A DNA stretch of 64,000 bases from Erysipelotrichaceae bacterium (lineage in GTDB: Bacteria > Bacillota_I > Bacilli_A > RFN20 > CAG-826): the NCBI GenBank assembly GCA_012837435.1, contig DURD01000027.1, positions 12,384-76,383 on the forward strand, read 5' to 3'. Position 1 is the stretch's first letter, and each line of letters starts with the position of its first letter. Shown piece by piece: positions 29,309 through 38,367 of this stretch. The notes under the pieces are model-generated. The model was not told the origin of the DNA. It searched no databases and saw only the letters and a program-made list of their open reading frames with translations. Made by a program: the position numbers and the translations under genes.

Positions 29309-30467
29309 TGAATTTAGTTTGTGAATTAGAAAAATGCACCGGATGTGGAATGTGTTCAAATGTCTGCCCAAAGAATGCAATAGAAATGAGTGAGGGAGAG
29401 CGAGGCTTTGTTTATCCAAAAATCGATAAAAACCTTTGTATCGAATGCAATTTATGTCGCAACAAGTGCCCCTCGAATGTTTTTCAAGCAACAGAAACGA
29501 ATGTGAAAAAAGTCTATGTTTCTTGGAACAAGGATAAAAAAATAAGAAAAAATTCAAGTTCAGGGGGTATTTTTACTGAAATTGCCAAAAAAATAATTGA
29601 GCAAGGCGGTGTAGTGTGTGGTGTTGCTTGGAACGAAGAATTTCATCCACATCATATTTTAGTTAATAGGACAAAAGACATTTCTAAACTTCAAGGATCA
29701 AAATATTCCCAATCAATAACTGGCGACATTTACAAGTTGATAAAAGAAAAACTTGACAAGGGAATTTTGATTTTGTTTTCTGGAACACCATGTCAAAATG
29801 CAGCGTTGAAAAGTTTTCTTGGAAAAAATTATCAGAATTTATATAGTATTGATTTAGTTTGCCATGGTGTTCCTTCTAATAAGATGCTTGATAATTACTT
29901 ATTTCTTTTTGAAAAAGATATTCAAAATGTGAGATTAAGACATAAAGACCCGTTCTGGGATTATTCTTTTGTCAGAATTGATTTCAAAGATGGTACTAAA
30001 TATCAAAAATTAACTATCGAGGACGATTATTTTAATCTTTTTAACGTCGGCTTCACGTTAAGAAATAGCTGTCATAACTGCCAATATGCGAACACGAACA
30101 GAAAAGGCGATATCCGTTAGCAGATTTTTGGGGTTACAGTGCTCACAACTTTAAGACAAGAAATTTTAACAAAGGAACGAGTTGCGTTTTAATAAATTCT
30201 GAAAAAGGTGAGCAATTGTTTGATTTAATTAAAAACAATATTTTCTTTGAAGAATCATCTCTCGAAAAAGCTAAGCAAGGTAATAGATGCTTGAACGAAC
30301 CGTTCAAGATTGAAAAAAATAAACTTGACGCTTTTTGGAGTGACTATGACAAAGGAATGAGTGTCCGTGATTTAAATAAAAAATATTGCGCTAAAACATT
30401 TCGCCTTCCAAAACATTTGTGGCTAAAAAGAATATACCACAAGTATAAGTGGATTTTTAAAAAATGA
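29308..30467 (+). pseudogene. FrhB/FdhB-like (coenzyme F420 hydrogenase beta-type) 4Fe-4S protein, frameshifted
   Basis: Two ferredoxin CxxCxxCxxxCP motifs, FSGTPCQ and DLVCHGVPS. Frame 1 stops at TAG 30118-30120 straight after GDI. The family motif continues as LADFWGY in the -1 frame from 30117, which is open from 30078 to 30467. Confidence 0.7.
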
Positions 30468-31969
30468 AAGAAAATTCAAGAACAAAAAATGCCTTATTGA
30501 ATATTATATTTGGTTATATTGCCCAAATTGGAATCTTAGTCCTTTCATTTGTCGGCAGAAAGATTTTTTTGAATTATTTATCCGCGGATTATTTAGGAAT
30601 TAATGGTCTCTACTCAAATATATTAACGATTCTTTCTCTTGCCGAGTTAGGTTTAGATACTGCAGCAGTATACTCATTGTACAAACCAGTTGCTGAGCGC
30701 GATAATGCAACTATAGTTTCGTTATTGAAATTTTTTAAAAAGATATATTACGTTCTTGCTTTTGGAATTCTAGTTTTAGGCCTTTGTTTTGTTCCGTTTC
30801 TGAAATTTTTGATTAGAAGCGACCTTAACCAAAACGATTTAATAATTTACTATGTTTTGTTTCTAATAAATACTGTAGCCTCATATTTCGTAGCTCATAA
30901 AGTAGCGTTGCTATCAGCGTTTCAACAACAGCGAATTCAAAAAATTGTTACGTTGATTTCTAATATAATACTTCAAATCATGCATATTGTTGTGTTAGTT
31001 ATATGGAAAAACTTTTATTTTTATATAATTGCGACGATATGTTCAACATTCTTAACAAACATAATTTTAAGTATAACATGCTCTAAAATTCATCCTGAGA
31101 TTTTTAATTGTACAAAAATTGTTAAGGTTGACAAAAAACCTATAGTAGAACGCATTAAATCAACCTTTCTATATAAAATTGGAGCAGTTTTGATAAATAA
31201 TACAGATAATATTTTGATTTCTGTTATGGTCAGTACCGTTGCCGTTGGTTATTATTCAAACTATCTAGCTGTCATATCAGGCTTGCAAGGCTTTTTGGCT
31301 ATAATAACAACTTCAATGGTCTCTGGAATTGGAAATTTAGCTGTGAAAGGGAATGAAAAAGATCAAGCAAGGTTGTTTGATATAATGTTGTTGTTCTATC
31401 ACATGATTGGAGCACTTGGATTGATTGGTTTTTCATTGTTGTTCAATAATCTTATTACAATCTGGCTTGGGTCTGAATACTTGTTTGATGAAAAGACGGT
31501 CTTTATCATTGCTTTCAATTTCTACATTTCCACTGTTATTTCCCCTGTTTGGATGTTTAGAGAAGCAAACGGAATGTTTGAAAAGGTAAAATATATTTTG
31601 CTCATCAGAGCACTATTAAACTTAATATTATCAATTTTGCTTGGAAAATTATGGGGAGTTTTTGGAATTTTATTTGCAACTACAATCAGTTTATTTCTCA
31701 CCAATTTTTGGATTGAGCCAATAATTTTGTGCAAAGATATTCTGAGAAGAAAGCAAAGCGATTATTGGTTAAAACAGTTAAAATATGCTCTAATTTCAGC
31801 AGTAGCGTTTATTTTGTGCTATTTAGCTATTTTTAAACTTGGAGACTCGCTCCTATGGCTAATAACAAAAGCTCTTATAATCTGTCTTATCACTTTCACT
31901 TTATTCGTCTTGATGAATTATAAGACTGATGAATTGATAGGAATAAAAAGTTATATAATAAAAAAGTAA
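30464..31969 (+). CDS. wzx: Wzx-type polysaccharide flippase (MOP superfamily)
   Basis: 501 aa with about 12-14 TM helices and a typical polysaccharide-biosynthesis-protein N-terminus. Confidence 0.8.
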   Translation: MKENSRTKNALLNIIFGYIAQIGILVLSFVGRKIFLNYLSADYLGINGLYSNILTILSLAELGLDTAAVYSLYKPVAERDNATIVSLLKFFKKIYYVLAFGILVLGLCFVPFLKFLIRSDLNQNDLIIYYVLFLINTVASYFVAHKVALLSAFQQQRIQKIVTLISNIILQIMHIVVLVIWKNFYFYIIATICSTFLTNIILSITCSKIHPEIFNCTKIVKVDKKPIVERIKSTFLYKIGAVLINNTDNILISVMVSTVAVGYYSNYLAVISGLQGFLAIITTSMVSGIGNLAVKGNEKDQARLFDIMLLFYHMIGALGLIGFSLLFNNLITIWLGSEYLFDEKTVFIIAFNFYISTVISPVWMFREANGMFEKVKYILLIRALLNLILSILLGKLWGVFGILFATTISLFLTNFWIEPIILCKDILRRKQSDYWLKQLKYALISAVAFILCYLAIFKLGDSLLWLITKALIICLITFTLFVLMNYKTDELIGIKSYIIKK

Positions 31970-32049
31970 TCGGTAATGTTAGATTGTAATATAACTTTAT
32001 TGAAAGAATCGGTAATTGACAGCTACCGTATTGGAGGAAACTATATACC

Positions 32050-33213
32050 ATGAGTTTTTATTGGAAAAATAATGATAAGTTAAAATTATTAATCGTTGCA
32101 GGAACACGTCCTGAGATTATCAGATTAGCGGAAGTAATGAAAAGATGCAGAGAGTATTTTGATACTTGTGTTTGTTATACCAATCAAAATTACGATCCTA
32201 ATTTATCAACAGTATTTTGGGAAGATTTAGAATTAGGTGGGCCAGATGTTTTACTACAAGTTGTAGGCAAAGATTTAGGCGAGACGTGTGGCAATATTAT
32301 CGCTCAAACATATGAGTTGATGATGGATTTAAAACCAGAGGCTTTATTAGTGTTAGGTGACACTAATTCTTGTTTAAGTGCAATATCGGCGAAAAGACTG
32401 CATATCCCAATATTCCATATGGAAGCTGGTAACAGATGCAAAGATGAATGTTTGCCAGAAGAAACAAATAGAAGAATAGTGGATATCATTTCTGATGTTA
32501 ATCTTCCTTATAGCGAAGCCGCTAGAAGATACTTAATTGAAATGGGTTTTCCAAAAGAAAGGACGTTTGTTACTGGCTCTCCAATGACGGAGGTCTTAAC
32601 TAAAAATCTAGATAAAATTAAGAAGAGCAAAATATTAGAAAAATTAGGTTTAAAAAAAGGCAAATATATCTTGCTGAGTGCTCATCGAGAAGAAAATCTT
32701 GATACTGAAAAGAACTTCAATAATTTGTTCAACGCTATTAATGCACTAGCAAAAAAATATAATGTGCCAATTTTATATTCTTGTCATCCGCGCAGCAAAA
32801 AGAAATTAGAAGAAACTGGTTTTGTTTTAGATTCAAGAGTAAGAGTAAATGTTCCTCTTAACTTCTCTGATTACAATAATTTACAGATGAATTCTCTAGC
32901 AGTTATATCTGATAGTGGAACATTACCAGAAGAAAGCTCGTTTTATATTTCTATTGGTTCACCCATTGCGGCAGTATGTATTAGAACATCAACGGAACGT
33001 CCTGAAGCTATCGAAGCGGGTGATTTTATTATCGCGGGCATCACTGAAAAAGAACTACTACAAGCTACGGATATGGCTATATCAATGATTAAGAATAATG
33101 TGATTGGTAAACCATGCCCTGATTACGTAGATTTAAATGTTTCTATGAAGGTTGTAAGAATCATCCAATCCTTTACAAATATCGTCAACAGGATGGTTTG
33201 GAGAAAAGATTAA
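32050..33213 (+). CDS. fnlC: UDP-N-acetylglucosamine 2-epimerase, non-hydrolysing (FnlC/CapG type)
   Basis: GTRPEIIRL and HMEAGNR motifs. The TAATG stop overlaps the next start. Confidence 0.85.
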   Translation: MSFYWKNNDKLKLLIVAGTRPEIIRLAEVMKRCREYFDTCVCYTNQNYDPNLSTVFWEDLELGGPDVLLQVVGKDLGETCGNIIAQTYELMMDLKPEALLVLGDTNSCLSAISAKRLHIPIFHMEAGNRCKDECLPEETNRRIVDIISDVNLPYSEAARRYLIEMGFPKERTFVTGSPMTEVLTKNLDKIKKSKILEKLGLKKGKYILLSAHREENLDTEKNFNNLFNAINALAKKYNVPILYSCHPRSKKKLEETGFVLDSRVRVNVPLNFSDYNNLQMNSLAVISDSGTLPEESSFYISIGSPIAAVCIRTSTERPEAIEAGDFIIAGITEKELLQATDMAISMIKNNVIGKPCPDYVDLNVSMKVVRIIQSFTNIVNRMVWRKD

Positions 33214-34415
33214 TGAAAATCTTAGTAACTGGCGCTAAAGGGATGGTTGGTACCTCTCTAGTTAACAATCTAATAGCGATAAGAGATGGTAAAAATAAAA
33301 CTAGACCTAATATTTCTATCGAACAAGTTTATGAATACGATAGAAACAACACTCTTGATGAATTAGACAACTTCTGCAAAGATTGTGATTTTGTTTTCAA
33401 TTTAGCGGGTGTCAACAGGCCAGAAAACCAAGATGACTTTATGAAAGGTAATTTTGGTTTTGCATCGACACTATTAGATTTATTAAAGAAACATAATAAT
33501 AAAGCATCCGTTATGTTATCTTCTTCTATTCAAGCTACTCTGGCAGGTAGATTTGGTAATAGTGAATATGGAAGAAGCAAAAAAGCAGGTGAAGACCTCT
33601 TTTTTAAATACGCTAAAGAAACAGGAGTTAAAGTAGCGGTTTATCGCTTCCCTAATCTGATGGGTCATAGTAAACCTAATTACAATAGTGCAGTTTCAAC
33701 TTTTTGTTGGGCAATAGCAAATAATCAAGAATTTACTGTTAATGATCGGTCTACACAATTAGAACTACTCTATATCGATGATTTAGTGGAAGGGATGTTT
33801 GATTTATTAGAAGGCAAAGAACAACATTGTGAGTTTGATGGTGTTGAAACCATTCTCAAAGAAGACGGAAAGTATTGTTGTGTTTCCGTTACCCATAAAG
33901 TCACATTAGGCGAAATAGTGGACCTTCTTAAGGAATTTAAAGAACAACCAAATTCACTATTAATGCCTAAGATGCCTAAAGGTAGTTTTGCTAAGAAACT
34001 ATTTTCTTTATATTTAACGTATTTACCTAAAGATAAATTTAGATATCCATTAAAGATGAATGTTGATGAAAGAGGTTCATTTACAGAAATAATGCGTACA
34101 CTTGAGTGTGGGCAAGTTTCTGTAAATATATCTAAACCAGGTGTTACTAAAGGCAATCACTGGCATAATTCTAAATGGGAACAATTCATCGTTGTTTCGG
34201 GACACGGACTAATACAGCAAAGAAATATAAACACGGATGAATTTGTGGAGTTTGAAGTATCAGGAGATAAATTAGAAGTCGTCTATATGATTCCAGGATG
34301 GACTCATAATATTATCAATCTCCGCTTAGATGCAGATCTTGTTACAGTTATGATTTCTAATGAAGTGTTTGATAAAGATAAACCGGATACGTTTTATAGA
34401 ATAGTCCACTTGTAA
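33213..34415 (+). CDS. fnlB: FnlB/CapF-type bifunctional reductase/epimerase (SDR + cupin)
   Basis: VTGAKGMVGTSL Rossmann N-domain. C-terminal cupin KPGVTKGNHWHNSKWEQF. Start taken at MKILVTG (33213). Confidence 0.8.
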   Translation: MKILVTGAKGMVGTSLVNNLIAIRDGKNKTRPNISIEQVYEYDRNNTLDELDNFCKDCDFVFNLAGVNRPENQDDFMKGNFGFASTLLDLLKKHNNKASVMLSSSIQATLAGRFGNSEYGRSKKAGEDLFFKYAKETGVKVAVYRFPNLMGHSKPNYNSAVSTFCWAIANNQEFTVNDRSTQLELLYIDDLVEGMFDLLEGKEQHCEFDGVETILKEDGKYCCVSVTHKVTLGEIVDLLKEFKEQPNSLLMPKMPKGSFAKKLFSLYLTYLPKDKFRYPLKMNVDERGSFTEIMRTLECGQVSVNISKPGVTKGNHWHNSKWEQFIVVSGHGLIQQRNINTDEFVEFEVSGDKLEVVYMIPGWTHNIINLRLDADLVTVMISNEVFDKDKPDTFYRIVHL

Positions 34416-34454
34416 CGCTATATAAAAATACAAAATTTTACAATAAAAAATCAG

Positions 34455-34487
34455 AAACCTCTCGCACACCATCGCGAGAGGTTTTTT
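34455..34487 (+). terminator. Strong Rho-independent terminator closing the capsule locus
   Basis: 11-bp stem AAACCTCTCGC (34455-34465) / GCGAGAGGTTT (34474-34484), 8-nt loop, T-run. Confidence 0.8.
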
Positions 34488-34631
34488 CAAAAAAGAACAT
34501 TGTTTTCTAAACTCATATAAATTAATATGACAATGTAAATACTTATACAAAGTTCCTTGATGAATTATTAAATTGATTTTTGCTAATTAAGAGACATTTT
34601 GTCCATTAAGAGATTCTAATTATAAAAGTTT

Positions 34632-34660
34632 TTGATGTAATCAATTATCTTAAAATAATG
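34632..34660 (+). promoter_or_regulatory. Candidate sigma-70-type promoter of the ATPase-protease cassette
   Basis: TTGATG (34632-34637), a 16-17 nt spacer, then AATAAT/ATAATG (34654-34660). Confidence 0.3.
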
Positions 34661-34725
34661 CGGTATGTCTAAAAATTCTTGTGTTTGTCCCAGTGTTTTT
34701 ATATTATGTAATCGAGGGTTATGTT

Positions 34726-35763
34726 ATGAAGAAAAAAAACGTATTGAATTTAATCAGATATCATTCTGAAAAAAATGATTTACAGTTCAATAATGAAGCT
34801 ATGGAAATTGCCCGATATTTCGATAGGATTGGAGACTATCAATTGTCTGAATACATTATGGCGTTAATAACTAATACAAACACTTTTGTGCCTCAGAATG
34901 AATCTTTTGAGGGATCCTTCTTTAAGCGGGTAGAGCTAAACAATAATCCTCTTCCTTTGCCTAAATCGATTGCAAATGATGTTTTGGGAATTATCAATGC
35001 AATTAATCACAAAGTAGGAGTAAATAAGTTTTTATTTCAAGGTGCTCCAGGAACAGGCAAAACTGAAACAGTTAAGCACATAGCAAGATTATTAGAACGT
35101 CAATTATACATGATTGAGTTTAGTGCATTGGTGGATAGCAAACTTGGTCAAACTGCAAAAAACATGACTTCTATGTTTGATGAAATAAATAAATTACCAA
35201 ATCCCCAAAACATTGTTATTTTATTTGATGAATTAGACGCTATTGCAATGGATAGAATTAACATTAACGACCTAAGAGAAATGGGACGTGTAACATCTAC
35301 ATTGCTCAAAGAACTAGACAAACTAAATGAGGACATTGTATTAATAGCTACCACAAATCTATATGATAAGTTTGACAAAGCATTAATTAGAAGATTTGAT
35401 TCAGTTATAGATTTCAACAGATATTCTAGAGAAGATTTGATTGAGATTTCAGAATCAATTTTTCATAGTCTAGTAAAGAAATTTAAAAACGTTAGTAGAG
35501 AAACGAGGTTGTTAAAGAAAATCATTAATCAAATGGAAACGATACCTTATCCAGGCGATTTAAATAATCTCATTAAAACATCACTGGCATTTAGTGATCC
35601 TAATGATGAATACGATTACTTAAGAAGGCTAATAAAAAACATATCGCCTAAAAGTAATGAATTATCGCCAAAGAATCTTAGCGAAAAAGGTTTTACAGTG
35701 AGAGAAATTGAAATACTCAGTGGCATATCTAAAAGTAAAGTCGCTAGAGAATTGAAGGGGTAA
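34726..35763 (+). CDS. Classic AAA+ ATPase with C-terminal HTH (IetA-like)
   Basis: The ATG at 34726 follows a GAGGG RBS. Walker A GAPGTGKT, Walker B ILFDELD, sensor-1 ATTN, RRFD arginine region. The C-terminal GFTVREIEILSGISKSKVAREL looks like an HTH. Confidence 0.8.
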   Translation: MKKKNVLNLIRYHSEKNDLQFNNEAMEIARYFDRIGDYQLSEYIMALITNTNTFVPQNESFEGSFFKRVELNNNPLPLPKSIANDVLGIINAINHKVGVNKFLFQGAPGTGKTETVKHIARLLERQLYMIEFSALVDSKLGQTAKNMTSMFDEINKLPNPQNIVILFDELDAIAMDRININDLREMGRVTSTLLKELDKLNEDIVLIATTNLYDKFDKALIRRFDSVIDFNRYSREDLIEISESIFHSLVKKFKNVSRETRLLKKIINQMETIPYPGDLNNLIKTSLAFSDPNDEYDYLRRLIKNISPKSNELSPKNLSEKGFTVREIEILSGISKSKVARELKG

Positions 35764-35769
35764 AATAAA

Positions 35770-38007
35770 ATGAATGAACTATTGCATTTAAAAGGACATT
35801 TTACTCAAAAATCACGACCAGGTGGCATTGGATCTCCGCAACTTAGAGGAGGCGCTCGCGTTAGTGTTGATGATCTAAAAAAACTCTATGATGACTTATC
35901 GAAAATGTTGTCTTTTTGGTCTGAAAATAAATTGTTTGATGGTGCACTAGTTAGTGCATATTACAATAAGGTCGCAGCAAAGAGCAATAGAATATCAGCT
36001 CTTTTATCAAGTGGTTCGAAAACCTCAGAAGAAACCATAGTGGGTGCAAGATTTTCTGATGACAAAGAAGGAAAACATATTATTACTCACTTTGTATCAC
36101 TCAAAGCTATTGAAAATTCAATGGTTTTTTTATCTGAAACTAGCCACATTTTAGAAAAGGAGTTTGGAGGTTCCATCATTGCTTCGGCATTTAATGAAAA
36201 AAATAACATAAATCGTATTAATTTTAAAAAATATAATATTTCAAAAACAAATTTCCAAAAAGTAATTGTCGACTCATCCTATATAGAAAAGTTCGATGTT
36301 CAATATAATAAGTTTGATTTAGATAAAAAATCGGTAATAACAGTATATGAGACTAATAGGGATATTAGAGAAGTTCTCAAAAGTTTGGGAATTGAAGTTT
36401 TTGATAACAAAATTATAGATAACACAACAATTTTGCTCGAGAGAGAACAAATAGAGAGCTTAATAGATAAAGCGCCATTTTTAATAGCGATGGCAACTGA
36501 AGATTTATCAAAAATAATGCCTTTCAAATCTAGTGAAACAAAAAACCAGTATGAAGCTTACATACCTCCACCAACTAACGAACCAATTGTTGGGGTGATT
36601 GATACATTATTTTTTAAAGATGTGTATTTTTCAGAATGGGTTGAATATCACCGGATTCTTGATAAAAATATTGAGGCCCACCCAGAGGATTATTCACACG
36701 GAACTGCTGTATCATCAATTATTGTCGATGGACCCGCTTTGAATCCAGATTTAGAGGATGGATGTGGAAGATTCAGAGTAAGACATTTTGGTGTGTCCAC
36801 TGGTGGTAAATTTAGTTCCTTTTCAATTATTAAATCGATTAAAGAAATTGTAAAAAATAACAAAGATATTAAAGTATGGAATTTGTCTTTAGGATCTGCT
36901 GATGAGGTTAATAAGAATTTCATTTCTTTAGAAGGATCTGTCTTGGATCAACTTCAATACGAAAATGATGTAATTTTTGTTGTTTCTGCTACAAATCAAA
37001 GTGCTAAAGAACCCCTAAAAAAGATAGGGTCTCCAGCAGATTCCATTAATTCTGTTGTCGTTAGTTCGGTTGGTAAAAATAATCGCCCAGCACCTTATTC
37101 AAGAAAAGGAATAGTGCTGTCATTTTTCACAAAACCTGATGTTGGTTATTATGGTGGCGTTTGTCCAGAATACATCAATGTATGTGAACCGTTGGGACTA
37201 ACAAAGGTAGGTGGCAGTTCTTACGCAGCCCCCTGGATATCTAGAAAACTAGCGTACCTTATTAATATTTTAGGTTTTAACAAAGAAATAGCGAAAGCGT
37301 TATTGATTGATGCGGCTATGGGATGGAATCCTAAAAAATATTACAAGAATCTAGCTCTTGTTGGGCACGGAATAGTTCCGACACATATCAATGACATTAT
37401 TTATTCTCCAAAAGATGAAATTAAATTTGTTGTATCCGGTATTTCTGAAAAATATGATACGTACAGTTACAAATTTCCTGTGCCTCTTAATAATAACAAG
37501 TACCCATATTTGGCTAAAGCAACATTGTGTTATTTTCCAAAATGTTCTAGAAATCAAGGTGTTGATTATACAAATACTGAACTAGATTTGTATTTTGGCA
37601 GGATAGATGGAAACTTAATTAAATCGCTTGATAATAATAGGCAAAGCACCGATGACGATGGTGACATACCACATTATATTACCGAAAAATTTGCCCGTAA
37701 AGAATTTCGAAAATGGGATAATGTCAAGCATATTCAAGATGAAATAAAAGGCAGAATCGCCGCTAGAAAATCCTATGATTATAAGTTGTGGGGTATGTCT
37801 GTAAAAAGAAAAGAACGTTTAGCAAGCAAAGATGGAGTAGGTATTAGATTTGGAGTAGTAGTAACTTTAAAAGAAATTAATGGTGTCAATAGAATTGATG
37901 ATTTTATTCAACTATGTAACTTAAGTGGCTGGTTAGTAAATAAAGTTGATGTACAAACTAAAATCGATATATACCAAAAATCTTACGAAGATATTGAATT
38001 TGAATAA
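35770..38007 (+). CDS. Cytoplasmic S8 (subtilisin-family) serine peptidase with large N- and C-terminal extensions (IetS-like)
   Basis: D-H-S triad in canonical order: VGVIDT, HGTAVSS, (NLSLGS), GGSSYAAPW. No signal peptide. 6-nt gap after the ATPase gene. Confidence 0.85.
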   Translation: MNELLHLKGHFTQKSRPGGIGSPQLRGGARVSVDDLKKLYDDLSKMLSFWSENKLFDGALVSAYYNKVAAKSNRISALLSSGSKTSEETIVGARFSDDKEGKHIITHFVSLKAIENSMVFLSETSHILEKEFGGSIIASAFNEKNNINRINFKKYNISKTNFQKVIVDSSYIEKFDVQYNKFDLDKKSVITVYETNRDIREVLKSLGIEVFDNKIIDNTTILLEREQIESLIDKAPFLIAMATEDLSKIMPFKSSETKNQYEAYIPPPTNEPIVGVIDTLFFKDVYFSEWVEYHRILDKNIEAHPEDYSHGTAVSSIIVDGPALNPDLEDGCGRFRVRHFGVSTGGKFSSFSIIKSIKEIVKNNKDIKVWNLSLGSADEVNKNFISLEGSVLDQLQYENDVIFVVSATNQSAKEPLKKIGSPADSINSVVVSSVGKNNRPAPYSRKGIVLSFFTKPDVGYYGGVCPEYINVCEPLGLTKVGGSSYAAPWISRKLAYLINILGFNKEIAKALLIDAAMGWNPKKYYKNLALVGHGIVPTHINDIIYSPKDEIKFVVSGISEKYDTYSYKFPVPLNNNKYPYLAKATLCYFPKCSRNQGVDYTNTELDLYFGRIDGNLIKSLDNNRQSTDDDGDIPHYITEKFARKEFRKWDNVKHIQDEIKGRIAARKSYDYKLWGMSVKRKERLASKDGVGIRFGVVVTLKEINGVNRIDDFIQLCNLSGWLVNKVDVQTKIDIYQKSYEDIEFE

Positions 38008-38023
38008 AAAAGGAGAAGAAAAT

Positions 38024-38173
38024 ATGGTTAGAAAAATAAGATCTGACGCTACCGTTGGCATTGTTGAAAAAACTCGTGGCCTTCCACCAGGCACCATAAG
38101 AAATAAAAATGGTAGAGACACTCGAAGTGATAAAACAGTAAAAACCATTCGAAAAGAATCGGGCAAAAAATAG
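38024..38173 (+). CDS. 49-aa highly basic protein with an internal RSDxTV repeat
   Basis: AAAGGAG RBS (38009-38015) lies 8 nt before the ATG at 38024, 16 nt after the peptidase stop. Sequence: MVRKIRSDATVGIVEKTRGLPPGTIRNKNGRDTRSDKTVKTIRKESGKK. Confidence 0.5.
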   Translation: MVRKIRSDATVGIVEKTRGLPPGTIRNKNGRDTRSDKTVKTIRKESGKK

Positions 38174-38367
38174 TTCTCTTGGCAATTTATAACTGGATAA
38201 AAGTTTAAAACTCAGAAGCAAATTGTTCGAAGCAAAAGCGCTTTTGAATAATGTGGTTCGTTTTACCTTAATTAATTATTAACAATTTACTTAGGAATGA
38301 TGCGAAACAACAAACAACAACAATTTTAGTAGACGACAATAAAATGTAAAAGGGAGGATATTTGTTT

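Noticed and set aside
37946-38023. Upstream part of the 75-aa ORF (MMYKLKSIYTKNL...) overlapping the S8 peptidase 3' end
   Set aside because: It overlaps the peptidase coding region and has no RBS. The internal ATG at 38024 has a strong AAAGGAG and lies just past the peptidase stop.
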